DNA of 43,685 bases from Octopus bimaculoides (Eukaryota), in assembly GCF_001194135.2 (NCBI RefSeq), contig NC_069000.1, positions 27,511,325 through 27,555,009 on the forward strand, read 5' to 3'. Below the pieces are notes generated by a model. The model was not told the origin of the DNA. It did no database searches and saw only the letters and a program-made list of their open reading frames with translations. Below are positions 12,681 through 23,119 of the stretch, piece by piece. Every line of letters begins with the position of its first letter. The first letter of the stretch is position 1. The translations under genes and the position numbers were made by a program.

Positions 12681-12917
12681 CATTATTTACATTGGATGGA
12701 TATGTGTCCTCATCTTGTTTTTTGTTACCATCACGTTTCAGCTGATTTACTCTCCAGCCTTCATCAGGTATCCTGGTGGAATTTTGAACCTAACTCCAGC
12801 TTCTCATTCCTAAGGTATTTTTTTGCTGATGTCATTATTTATTCAAGGCACTGCCTGGAATTGAACGCAGAATCTTGCGGTTAGTAGCCTGTACTCTTAA
12901 CCACTATGCTATATGCC
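12681..12917 (-). mobile_element. tRNA-headed SINE carrying a hammerhead motif
   Basis: Head 12917-12847 has A box TAGCATAGTGG, B box GTTCAATTCC and a GGCA/TGCC acceptor-like stem. It is followed by CTGATGA-GGCTG..CAGCT-GAAACGT at 12767-12733. Confidence 0.72.
12725..12773 (-). ncRNA. Minimal hammerhead ribozyme motif (probably inactivated copy)
   Basis: CTGATGA, a GGCTG/CAGCT stem II, GAAA and a palindromic ACGT stem III. Position 17 is G and stem I pairing is poor. Confidence 0.6.
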
Positions 12918-13189
12918 TGTGAGCAATTATAGAGTGAATTTTAGGGCTTATAAACCTAGTATTTTATCTTTTCTTAATACTGGTTCTCATATTCTACTCC
13001 TATTTGCACTAGATCTGCTAAGGTTATTATGTCCTAGCATATGTGCTGCCTCTTTAGTTTTTGCATTTTCCAGTGGTGTTCTCTGTCTAGTATTTTAACT
13101 TCATCCCACAGGAGAAGATGGTCTCTGTTCTTTAGAAACAAATTGTACATAATTTTGTTTACAGCTGTTAGTTCAGTGTCAATTTTAAC

Positions 13190-14194
13190 ATGGAATACAA
13201 AAACAAACATTTTCGCCATATTTTGATTTTTTTAATTTCCATAAAGGCAAGAAAGCTGCCGAGGCTCACAAAAAGATATGTGAAGTTTATGGTGTTGATT
13301 ACTTAACAGAATGCACATATCAGAAATGGTTTAAAAAATTCCGTTCTGGAGATTTTTCACTCAAAGATGATCAACATTCTGGTTGACCTACTGAAGTTGA
13401 TGACTGAATCAAAGCCATAACTGTGCAAGAGATTACAGAGAGATTAAATGTATCACTCACAACAGTTGAAAATCACTTAAAATGTCTTGGACTCTTTAAG
13501 AAGCTTGATATTTAGGTTCCGTATAAATTGAAAGAGGTTCACTTAACACAACGAATCAATATTTGCAATATGCATCTCAAATGCAATGAAATCAATCGTT
13601 TTTTGAAACAAATCATCACTGGTGATGGAAAATGGATTGTCTACAATAACATCAATCAAAAACGATCATGGTCCAAGTGTAATGAGCCAACACAGACCAC
13701 ATCGAAAGCTGAATTGAATCAAAAAGGTCATGCTGTCAATTTGGTGGGATTACAAAGGTGTTGTATATTTTGAGTTGCTTCCAGAGAACCAAACGTTCAA
13801 TTCAGATGTTTACTGTCAACAAGTGATGAAACTGGAGAAAGCAATCAAAGAAAAACGGTCAGAATTGGCAAATCATAAAGGAATCATGTTCCACCATGAC
13901 AATGCTAGATGACACACATCTTTGTTAACTCGTGAAAAATTATTGGAGCTTGGTTGGGAAGTGATGACACATCCACCATATAGCCCTGACCTTGCACCAT
14001 CAGATTACCATTTATTTCGAGGTTTGCAAAATTATTTGAATGATAAAACTTTCAATAATGATGATGATCTGAAATTGCACTTGCTTCAGTTTTTGGCTGA
14101 TAACGACCAGAAGTTCTATGAGCACGGAATCATGAAGTTGCCAGAAAGATGGCAAAAGGTCATCAAACAAAATGGAAAATATATAATTGATTGA
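13190..14194 (+). pseudogene. Mariner DD34D transposase pseudogene
   Basis: MEYKNKHFRHIL...KWFKKFRSGDFSL, TGDGKWIVYNN, HHDNAR, HPPYSPDLAPSDYHLF. Multiple stops and frameshifts. Confidence 0.93.
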
Positions 14195-14969
14195 AGTTCA
14201 TTCTTTGTATGAAGAAAAAAAACTGACTTTTATTTCACACTAAAAAACTGAAATTATCTTCTTGCCAACCCAGTATTTCTTTTAAACCTAACTGTGTTTA
14301 TCTCCATTACTACCTCTATATCTGCTTGATTTGGATTTCTCTTATAGCCAATTTTGACAGTATGGATCTTGCCCTGGATGAAGAATTCAGAGGTTAAGTC
14401 TAAATCCTTTTGAGTACTACTATGTGTTTTCTATACTGAGCATACCCAGCTCTCATTTATTGTCTGTATAATATATATTATTAATATGTATGCTTATATA
14501 CCCATAATTCTCCTTTGCTCATATGCAGGCAGATATAAACAACCATATATACACAGTCCTGTATGCATGCACTCAAACTTCCTTCAAAAACTGGAGGTGA
14601 AGGAAGTCAGAAGTGTAATGGGAGTGAATTGAAATTGCATGATTGTGCATGACTAGTACCTCCTTCAAAATATTCTTGACAGGAATTAAAAACATATTTA
14701 CCATTACTACTAGAGAGGCCCTCTACCAGTATCTCTGACAGAAACTGAAAGTTATTTACTATTAATACTTATAAACTAGGTAGATCGAGTTATAAAGAGC
14801 TCCTTAATAATATCTCTGACAGAAATTGAAAGTAATTTACCAAAGTACCTGTAAAAGAAAGAGAGACAGATAGACCAGTAGACACAATTTATATGTCAGA
14901 CAGAAATTTGGAGTTATATACCATTAATACTATAAGATATAGATAGAAAGAAAGTTGGATGATATTATT

Positions 14970-16915
14970 ATCCTTATGAGCTATTCAATTCTGCTGGAGA
15001 AATTAGCAGGGGGAATCCGTAAGGTACTGAAGGAAATTTTTAAGGGAATGATTCAGTCAACATATATTACAAGCAGCAACAATGGCAGATAGGCTCAAAA
15101 AAATAAAATAAAATTATTTGCTTTGCTTAGCTTAGTGGGAGGTAGGCAGATCAACATGACAGATTCAACTGCTCTGAGGTTAACCGAAGATCACTTGACG
15201 AAGTCCCTGCACATTATCCTGGGACCCAGGAGAACATATGAGAGTGATGGAAAGGCTATTAACCATTCACTATCAAGATTGCATTATGTTGACAGTCATC
15301 TGATTGTTAAAAGAATAAAGGAATAAAGATGGTTACAATAACAGGCTTGCTAATGTCTCCACTGCTGATCTTACACTATACTGCAACACTAAACCACATA
15401 AGTACATGCAACATGTAGTAAGGGTGCACTGGGTACATAGGTGGTGTGGGAGATGAAGAGTAAGGTGCTAAAACAAAGTTGGTGGGTTGTAGGCTGGCAC
15501 CTGCAATGGTGGAGTCCCAAGTGGTTATGGTAAGTGGTGATACTGACTGCCCAGTAGCAAGGGGTGTGCGTGCATGCTAAGGGTGGCAGTATTATTATCA
15601 GTTTTACCTAAGTTGTCAGGTGTAAATGTAGGAATGGCCTTCCCCTATTGTGTGCAGAGACCCACACGGCTGACCTTCAAGTTTTAGCATATCAGAAGCT
15701 TTAGAGTAAGTCAGCTTGACCATGTTCTGATTAAATATTTGGTAGAATCTCAAGGATGTCAAATTACTTCCTGATCACCAAGATTTTTACCGAACTGCTG
15801 AATGGGTGGTTCCGGTAGCAGCCATGCTTGGTCCTGTGTCTATTAGGGCTAATTGGAGTGCTGGAGGAAGGAGCAACCTGATGTATACACCCAGTGGGGT
15901 TACCACCAGTAGGTGCTGGAAAGTGATGTACAAGCATGTGACCTACAAAAGCATCCATCTGTTTACCTACTGTCCTTATTGTCACTAGCAGTGGTAAGAT
16001 GGTGACTGGCCCTATGTGTGGCTTGAACAGCTTCACTACAGGCCACAGCAACATTCAGATGTGGTCTCAGGATTGCATGTCAACACATGTACCTGGCCAG
16101 ACAGGCCACACAACCCCTCAAGTATCTTGACATTTGGGATTGGCCCACTTCTTTTCTATGTGGAGTGTACCCACACTTCTGGAGTGAGAATGTACTCTGG
16201 GGTGTGATGGTGTTGGTTGGCTACAAGGAAGGGTACATTAATGGATAGTTTAAGGGGGATTTCAGGGTTAGTATTCAATCTTCTCTTCAAAGACGCTACT
16301 GGCTGGGGCCTCATTATAATCCTGAGCAGGAAGATCTGCGCATTGACCTAGAGATTAGAGATTCTTATAGAAATGTTTTTCACTAGACTATTAACTATGG
16401 ATTTAGGAACAGGAGGAATGGTGTATATAGTGTAATGATTCATTGGGTTTGTGGTATAGGGAATATCACCCTGTACGTAAGTCTAGGAAGTTAATTACTT
16501 TCAGGCTGAAGTTCTTAAAGAACCTGTGCAACTTTTTCCTAATTCTCTCCAAAGGGATTGAAGTATAATTCACTGTAGCGAGGAATACATCATCCCTATA
16601 GGCACCCACTCCAAGGTCAGGGAAGTGGCAGCCCAGATCATGCACAAGGTACAGACTCACAAGGTACAGACCTACAAGGTACAGACCTACAAGGTACAGA
16701 CCTACAAGGTACAGACCCACAAGGTACAGACCCACAAGGTCAGTTACTTGAGCAGAGTCTGAGGAACATGTGGTGATGTCAAAATGATCCATACATCCCT
16801 TCCTGCACCACAGGTAGTCTTGGAAGAAAACAAAGGTATTCCTTACAGCCAGGATAACCTATAACTCAAGTTCAGGAATCTCAGTGAACTTTCTAGTGTG
16901 TTTGATTGAGGTATG
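14970..16915 (-). mobile_element. PLE remnant (Naiad-like): RT, linker and possibly decayed endonuclease
   Basis: VILAVRNTFVF...FDIT..SSDSAQVTDLVGLY...GAYRDD...INFLD (RT); YHKPNESLHYIH, NISIRISNL (thumb); NHPFSSSVK and QIFNQNMVKLTYS near 15700-15810. The part below 15700 is weakly supported. Confidence 0.8.
16643..16740. repeat. 15-bp minisatellite, 6.5 units of (C/T)ACAAGGTACAGACC
   Basis: Directly visible. Encodes (LVGLY)n in the PLE RT frame. Confidence 0.95.
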
Positions 16916-18217
16916 TTAAAAAATTATCTTACCTTTGGGCATAAAAAATACAGTTTTTATATTTAATCACTTTCGAAATACCCCCTCTTTGAGTTCACAC
17001 ACTTCTCCCAGCGGTTCTGCCACTGCTGGTAATACCTCAGGAATACCTTTCTTTGGAATGATATCAAGCTCTACTGTCACTTTTCTCATAACTTCCTCTT
17101 GCGACTCAAATTGCTTCCTTTTCAGATTAGGAAAGAGCCAGAAGTCACATGGTGGCAAGTTGAGATATTAGGGAGCCTGTCAAACAAGTGGTGCATTGTT
17201 CTTGACAAGGGAAACTTGGATTATGTAGGTGGAGTGAGTGTGCACATTGTTGTGGTGAAGTTGCCAATTTTTCACTACCCACATCTTCCTGTTTTTGACA
17301 CACATCTTCACAAAGGTAATGCATAACTTCCAGGTAGTATTACTTATTGATTGTTTGGCCTTGTAGCGCGTATTCATGATACAAAATACTGTGGAAGTCA
17401 AAGAAACACAATACCATGGGAGTCAACATTACTTTTAGATTTCTGCGAACCTGTCATGCTATTTTGGGCCTTGGTGATGACAATTGCTTCCACTGAGGAG
17501 ACTGGAACCTGGTTTCCGGTTGTAACCATAAACCCATGTCTCCTCAGCAGTGATGATGGTCTTCATGAAGTCTGGATTGTGTTTTGCAAAATCCAGCATA
17601 TCAGTGATTTGAATGTGAAGTTGCTTCTGCTGCTCCACCAGCACCTTGGGGGCAATTTTACCAAGGACATGCACAGACCTTCCATTGAAATGGAATGCAC
17701 TGATCCTGTGCTTATTCACACTTGATGAGCAATTTCTTGGCTTGTTACGTGATGGTATTTCATGACTATTTGCCAAACCTTCTCAATCAGCTTCTTGTTT
17801 TGGCTTGTAGATGGCCTGCCTGAGCATGCCTCACTCTCTATTGAGGTGTGGCCATGTTTGAAATAGTTTTACCACTCCTTGATCTGAGTTTTGCCCATGG
17901 CATCATCACCAAAGGCTTGCTGAATCTTCTGGATGGTTTGAGCTTGAGTATCATCAAGCTTTTCGCAAAACACGATGTAATATCTCTGCTTGATGCATAC
18001 GGCCATCTTGCATAAAAGCAAAAATCTGATGAGCACACACTACATGTCTGTACTCTAGGCATAACAGCTAGAAACTGACACAGCCTATCAGTGTGAAAGT
18101 TTCCATTCATGCATAAAAAGGGTGGCATCATCTTTCACCCAAAGGATTTTGCCCACACAGAATTGAATTAGTTTGGGCAGGGAAAAATAAAGTTAAATAC
18201 TTTTTGACCACACCTGA
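16906..18217 (-). mobile_element. Mariner element (second subfamily) with decayed TIRs
   Basis: Ends GAGGTATGTTAAAAAATTAT and its inverted counterpart CAGGTGTGGTCAAAAAGTAT. Transposase remnant at about 18006-16963: QRYYIVFCEKL...SGRPSTS, TAEETWVYGY, LHHNN, PCDFWLFPNLK, YFESD. Confidence 0.88.
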
Positions 18218-18346
18218 TATCATGCTGGCCCTCTGCATCTACTGATTGCATCTATAATGTGACACGTGTTTAGAATACTGAAATATATGTAACAGATGAA
18301 TTAAAAGAGTACCAAGTCAATGCTCATGCTCTTTTTCTTATATTTT

Positions 18347-18383
<37 letters not shown>

Positions 18384-18411
18384 GGGTATGCCTGGGATGT
18401 CTATAATTATA

Positions 18412-18909
18412 CAAGGGTAGGCCGAAAGTTCACAGGCTGAATATGAAGGAGTGTTGTTGGAGCTGTAAAAACTTGTCATGCATTAATTTCAACTTTCCTG
18501 CATTGTTTCTTTCCAGATAAATTGACATCTGACTGTTCAAAGAAGACTTCAAAAAAAGTAACTGGTAGTGACTTCTCTTGAAAATCAACAAGATTTGGCA
18601 TCATGGTGTTATCAAATACCTGCAGGTTTAACCGCCAAGGACATTCATGCTGACATGGTTGCTACATTAAGTGATGCTGCTCCAGTTTTATTAACAATGC
18701 AAAAGTGGGCAGCTGAATTTAGGAGGGGAAGGAATGGCTTTGAACTGGTTGATCACCCTCCCTATTCTCCTGATTTGGCCCCATCTGACTATCATCTGTT
18801 CCCCAAAATGAAAGAAAAACACTTAGCTGGGAACCAGTATTGCAGTGATGATGACATTATATCTGTTGTTAGCAGGTCCATCAACCATGTAGAAGCTTTT
18901 TTGGCTTGA
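18412..18909 (+). mobile_element. Internally deleted mariner (third subfamily)
   Basis: A TA+CAAGGGTAGGCCGAAAGTTCA left end. ORF 18568-18909 joins QKWAAEFRRGR directly to FELVDHPPYSPDLAPSDYHLFP. No right TIR was seen. Confidence 0.85.
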
Positions 18910-19276
18910 ATAACATTAAATAGAGAGCAATACTGAGATGAGATTAGAGGAATCAATGTTGTAGTAGATCTCTATTCAATAAGGTGTCCAAAGGTATTGT
19001 TGCCAGACTCTGTTCTCAAAATGTTTTATTGTCCTTGACATTTTTTCTTTTTGACATTTTTGTGTGTAAAAGGTAACTATTATTTTCCCATTCAGAGGCT
19101 TATTTGTAATTGACTTAATTTTCACTTAAATAATAAAATACTTATGTATTCAGTAATGATGCATCCAGCTTTAATCCAATACATCATATAAATCATTCAA
19201 AACATATGTTTCTTTAAAATCTTATTGATTGCATTTAATAATCTAATTTGATATTTCTTTTCTTTTTCTTCTTCAG

Positions 19277-19417
19277 TTAGACGCTCCATTATTCATCACA
19301 TGGTACCAATGCTTTATAACTGTGATACTTTGTGCTGTTTTCAGCTTCATCAGTTTTTTTTTACCAAATCTCGTTAAATTTCCATCAATGAAACTTGAAC
19401 TAAAGATATGCCGCAGT
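19277..19417 (+). CDS. SLC35C1: GDP-fucose transporter 1-like, coding exon 3 (LDAPLFITWYQCFITVILCAVFSFISFFLPNLVKFPSMKLELKICRS)
   Basis: 141 nt, phase 0/0, with a tctttttcttcttcag acceptor and gtatgt donor. LDAPLFITWYQC is the motif that directly follows NKYLL in SLC35C1. The next expected exon (VLPLS...NNLCL) was not found in the window. Confidence 0.92.
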
Positions 19418-19791
19418 GTATGTTAGTCTTCTTTTTGTTTTGTTTTGTTTTTTTTTTCTTTTTGAACATTCCTGTTTACTTTTTATTGTTTTTCTCTTTT
19501 TTTTGTAATTATATATCCATGTAAATTGCATAAGTACACACTTGCTGAAACTAATTTCTAACACAGGCACAAAGCTTCAAATTTTGTGGAGCAGGAACAG
19601 TCAACACTTGGTAGCATATAGTTTATCACATCTCCCATCCTCCAGAAATATTAAGTAGACATGATTAGGCAAAATTTGATCTCAGAAATGTATGAGAATA
19701 TAACTAAATACCACAAAACATTGTACTTGCTCTATTAATTCTACTAATTCACTGCTCTAGAGTGCACACACACACACACACAAAACACACA

Positions 19792-19833
<42 letters not shown>

Positions 19834-20187
19834 CTCACCAATAAGTAAAAACAATAACTGAAATAATTTTATTTCTCTATTTTCATGCTAGCAGGGATCA
19901 GATGAAACTTTATTGAGACAAATTGTCTATGGCCATATGCTATTCCTGTCACCAACCCTTACTTGTTCTTCAAGTAAAATATTTCCCATTTCAGTGGTTC
20001 ATCACACATCTGCTGAACAGATGGAGAAATTTAACATTGCCACCACCTTTCACCTTGCTGGTACTAAAGACATTGCTGAATTTATGCGCGCGCGCGCACA
20101 CACACACACACACACACAATAACACACACACACACACAATAACACACACACACACACACTTCCTTGCAGTTTCTACTGTTTTCATTT

Positions 20188-20305
20188 ACAAAGGACTGAT
20201 TGGCTTAGGGCTGTTGTGGATGACACCTGCCCAAGGTGTCCCACATTGGGACTGAACTGGAAACCACAAATCAAACATCTTAACCACATAGCCATGCCTG
20301 CTCCA
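20188..20305 (-). mobile_element. tRNA-SINE 5' half (same family as 35779)
   Basis: Minus strand reads GGAGCAGGCATGGCTATGTGGTTAAG...GTTCAGTCCC...CCTTGGGCAGGTGTC. Confidence 0.7.
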
Positions 20306-20356
20306 ATATGAAATGATGATAAGAATCATTTATTAGACAAAATTATAGATTGTACT

Positions 20357-20545
20357 GGGTGATGGGTTGGCAGAATAGTTAGAAAGTTGGATAGTAAGCT
20401 TTGTTGTATTTAGTGAAGGGCTTTTACTTTCTTAGTTCAATTACTACTGAAGTCAACTTTGCCTTTTATCTGTGTAGGATCAAGGAAATGAGTATCAGTC
20501 AAGTACCAGAGTGAAATTAATTGATTTTATTGGCCCCTAAAGTCA
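20357..20545 (+). mobile_element. Diverged copy of the second tRNA-SINE family
   Basis: TTGGCAGAATAGTTAG head and GTCAACTTTGCCTTT block, similar to 10537-10737. Confidence 0.5.
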
Positions 20546-21334
20546 GTGATAATTAATATAAGTTCTTAAACAAGATCAAAAATACATAGAGTAGAGATAA
20601 TATGCCAGAACAAACTTTCAAGGTCATTGAGCATAAGAAAAGATGTGGTCAGTGGATCAAAGTGGGATGTGTCATTTCATTAGAGTGTCAGGGGAAAGTT
20701 ACAGATGGTTAGAGTTAGGGATCAGAGGTGGCTATATTGAATGATGTGCAAGGATGGCAGTACAGTTGGTGAGAAATATCTGTAGAGAGAGGGTGAAGTG
20801 AGTAAAATAGCAGAAGGAGGATAGATCATAAGGTAGGGAGATTATGTGTAAGGTGTAGAAGTGACACAGAGGGAGATGTGGGGTACATAAAGGTGTGTAT
20901 ACCAGTCAACGCATCTAAAAAATGTTCAGTGTATTCTCTTCAAAAACTGTATCTAGTGAAAAACTTGAGAATCTCTAATGAATTCATGAATTCGAGGAAC
21001 GAGATTTTTTTCTGTGTGTCCATATTTCAAGAAATATATCGTGTCGGAATTTTAAAGTAGACCACCAGACACTTAGTAAACCATTAACATCTGGTTTACA
21101 TCTTGACATTGAATTATTGTTATGTTGGTTATCCCCATTGTTTTTCTTCTTGTCTTCTTTACAAGCATCTCTTGTTTAAATGTTATCTGCTTAAAAGACA
21201 ACTGACAAACGGTTTTGTTTTCAGCTTGATAAATGGTGGAATAAATCATGATTTCAACCAGAAAATCCTGGGTAGCTGTAATTACAAGATTTGTGCTTTT
21301 TTATTTTAAGATTATTTTTACTCGATTAGCTGTT

Positions 21335-21830
21335 GAGTGCTTTTCTACTCTGCCCAGTTAAGAGTACCCCTGATGTGTCGTGCAATATGATATGCTTCAG
21401 AAGACCTGTTGAGTCAAGTAAAATCGATATCATAGCTGTGGCTAGTGCCCCCTGACTGGCTCCCATACCGGTGACACATAAAAAGCACCATCCAAACGTG
21501 GTCAATGCCAGGTCTGCCTGACTGGCTCCCATGCCAGTGGCATGTAAAAAGCACCATGGCTGATGCCCATACACCCTCACTGGCCCCCATGCTGGTGGCA
21601 CATAAAAAGCACTATCCGAATGTGATGAATGCCAGGCTCACCTGACTGGCTCCTGTGCCAGTGGCACATAAAAAGCACCCATTATACTCTCGGAGTGGTT
21701 GGCATTAGGAAGGGCATCCAGCTGTAGAAACATTGCGAAATTAGATTGGAGCTTGGTGCTGCTGCTGGCTCTCGTTCAAACCGTTCAACCCATGCCAGCA
21801 TGGAAAATGGACGTTAAAAGATGATGATGA
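21335..21830 (+). mobile_element. SINE/LINE-tail repeat with four internal modules and an (ATG)n tail
   Basis: Four CCTGACTGGCTCC..TGCC(A/G)GTGGCAC..AAAAAGCAC modules, then AACCCATGCCAGCATGGAAA..GACGTTAAA and (ATG)n. The tail is shared with 25200, 25695 and 33832. Confidence 0.75.
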
Positions 21831-22269
21831 TATATATATATATATACACACACACATACGAAAAACATACAATATATGTGTGTATATATCTTCACATATA
21901 TCCACACAGAATGATGTCTCTAGATAGACGGCCCTGCAAAAAGGCACTTGTGTATTATCTGTTTATGGATAGTCAAACAAAAACAATTTACATGTAGATG
22001 TAGACATGGCAAATATAATAAACTGACTAAATAGATTAAATATATAGTAAAAAGTAGTTTGGGAAAATACAAAGATGAATATGTACACATACACCAACAC
22101 ATAGGCTGACCACTGCATCATACAAGTGTCCTAAAATTTTCTTTCGTCTCTCAAACAGTCTTAATGACCTCTTGTTCTCCTCCCCACACTTTCACTGGTC
22201 TTTATGTTAGTGCGTATATATCTATTCGTGTCTTTCTGTAACCGTTTTTCATTTCTGCATATCTCCATA

Positions 22270-22315
<46 letters not shown>

Positions 22316-22316
<1 letters not shown>

Positions 22317-23040
22317 TAGCAGAATGACCTGGTTTCACTCAGGTTATATAAAGACTCATAGCCTTAACACAGATAGATAGATATAGACAGACAGACATAG
22401 ATAGACAGATAGATATAGCAGCATAACTACAGATGTGTACCCTACCTGAATTTGTTGCCTCATAACTTCCAGAAAAATGTATACTTTTTTTACGAAATTT
22501 TCAACAAATACTGCTTAGATGCTGTGGATATAGAGTATATAAGGATTTATGGGAAAGAATTTTTCTGAGGGAGTTTCGGAAAATTCACACAATCTGCTTT
22601 TTTACCTCATAACTTTCAGGAGAATGGATATCTTTTGATCAAATTTTACACAAATACCTTTCAAATGGCATAGATTATGATAATAAAGAAATTTGTGAGG
22701 AAAATTTGTTCTGAGGTGGTGGGGAGAGGAGTTTCAGATCAGGGAAACCAAATAAGTTGCAACCACTCTGTTTTGACAGGGATTTTCCCCCCATTTCTTT
22801 TTAACCACAGCCTTCGGAATGATGGGGAGGGGTATCTTTTTTGAAAAAAAAGTTTTGACAATTTTTTTTGTAAGACCCTGCCCTGTCTAGACTGATTTGG
22901 GCCAATTTTTTTTGTACTTCAAGGCCATGGCAGGAGCCTTTTTGGAAGAAAAATATTTTAAAAATTGTTAATATTTTCGGAGGAAAAAGTGAGTGATTTA
23001 AGGGAGATTTGGGTGTCATTTCTAGCACATCCTAAGACAA
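22316..23040 (-). mobile_element. Non-autonomous Helitron-like element, family B
   Basis: CTAG^T terminus next to (TA)n. Internal blocks (CCTCATAACTT, GAAATTTTCAACAAATAC, TTCGGAAAATTCAC) recur at 37830, 39420 and 43480. Confidence 0.65.
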
Positions 23041-23119
23041 CCTGCCTCATTTCTTTCTCACTGTTGAATGTATTGAAGTTTTACAATATTTTTCTCCCTG
23101 TAAATGCATTTATATGCTA

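Larger units (their letters stand above)
12637..14273 (+). mobile_element. Mariner element with both TIRs and TA target duplications
   Basis: TIRs TTGGGTTGGCAAGAAAGTAATTT and AAATTATCTTCTTGCCAACCCAG, with TA on both sides. The 5' UTR is enlarged by a SINE and other inserted sequence. Confidence 0.93.

Noticed and set aside
12847-12917. Functional tRNA gene
   Set aside because: The anticodon stem does not pair properly and the sequence continues into a repeat body, so it is a SINE head.
15123-16054. DIRS tyrosine recombinase or RNase H similarity
   Set aside because: Only vague resemblance. The region is better explained by the minus-strand Naiad linker motifs near 15700-15810.
21451-21680. 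CRISPR-like repeat-spacer look
   Set aside because: Eukaryotic context, no cas genes, degenerate repeats and mutually related linkers. It is part of a retroposon.
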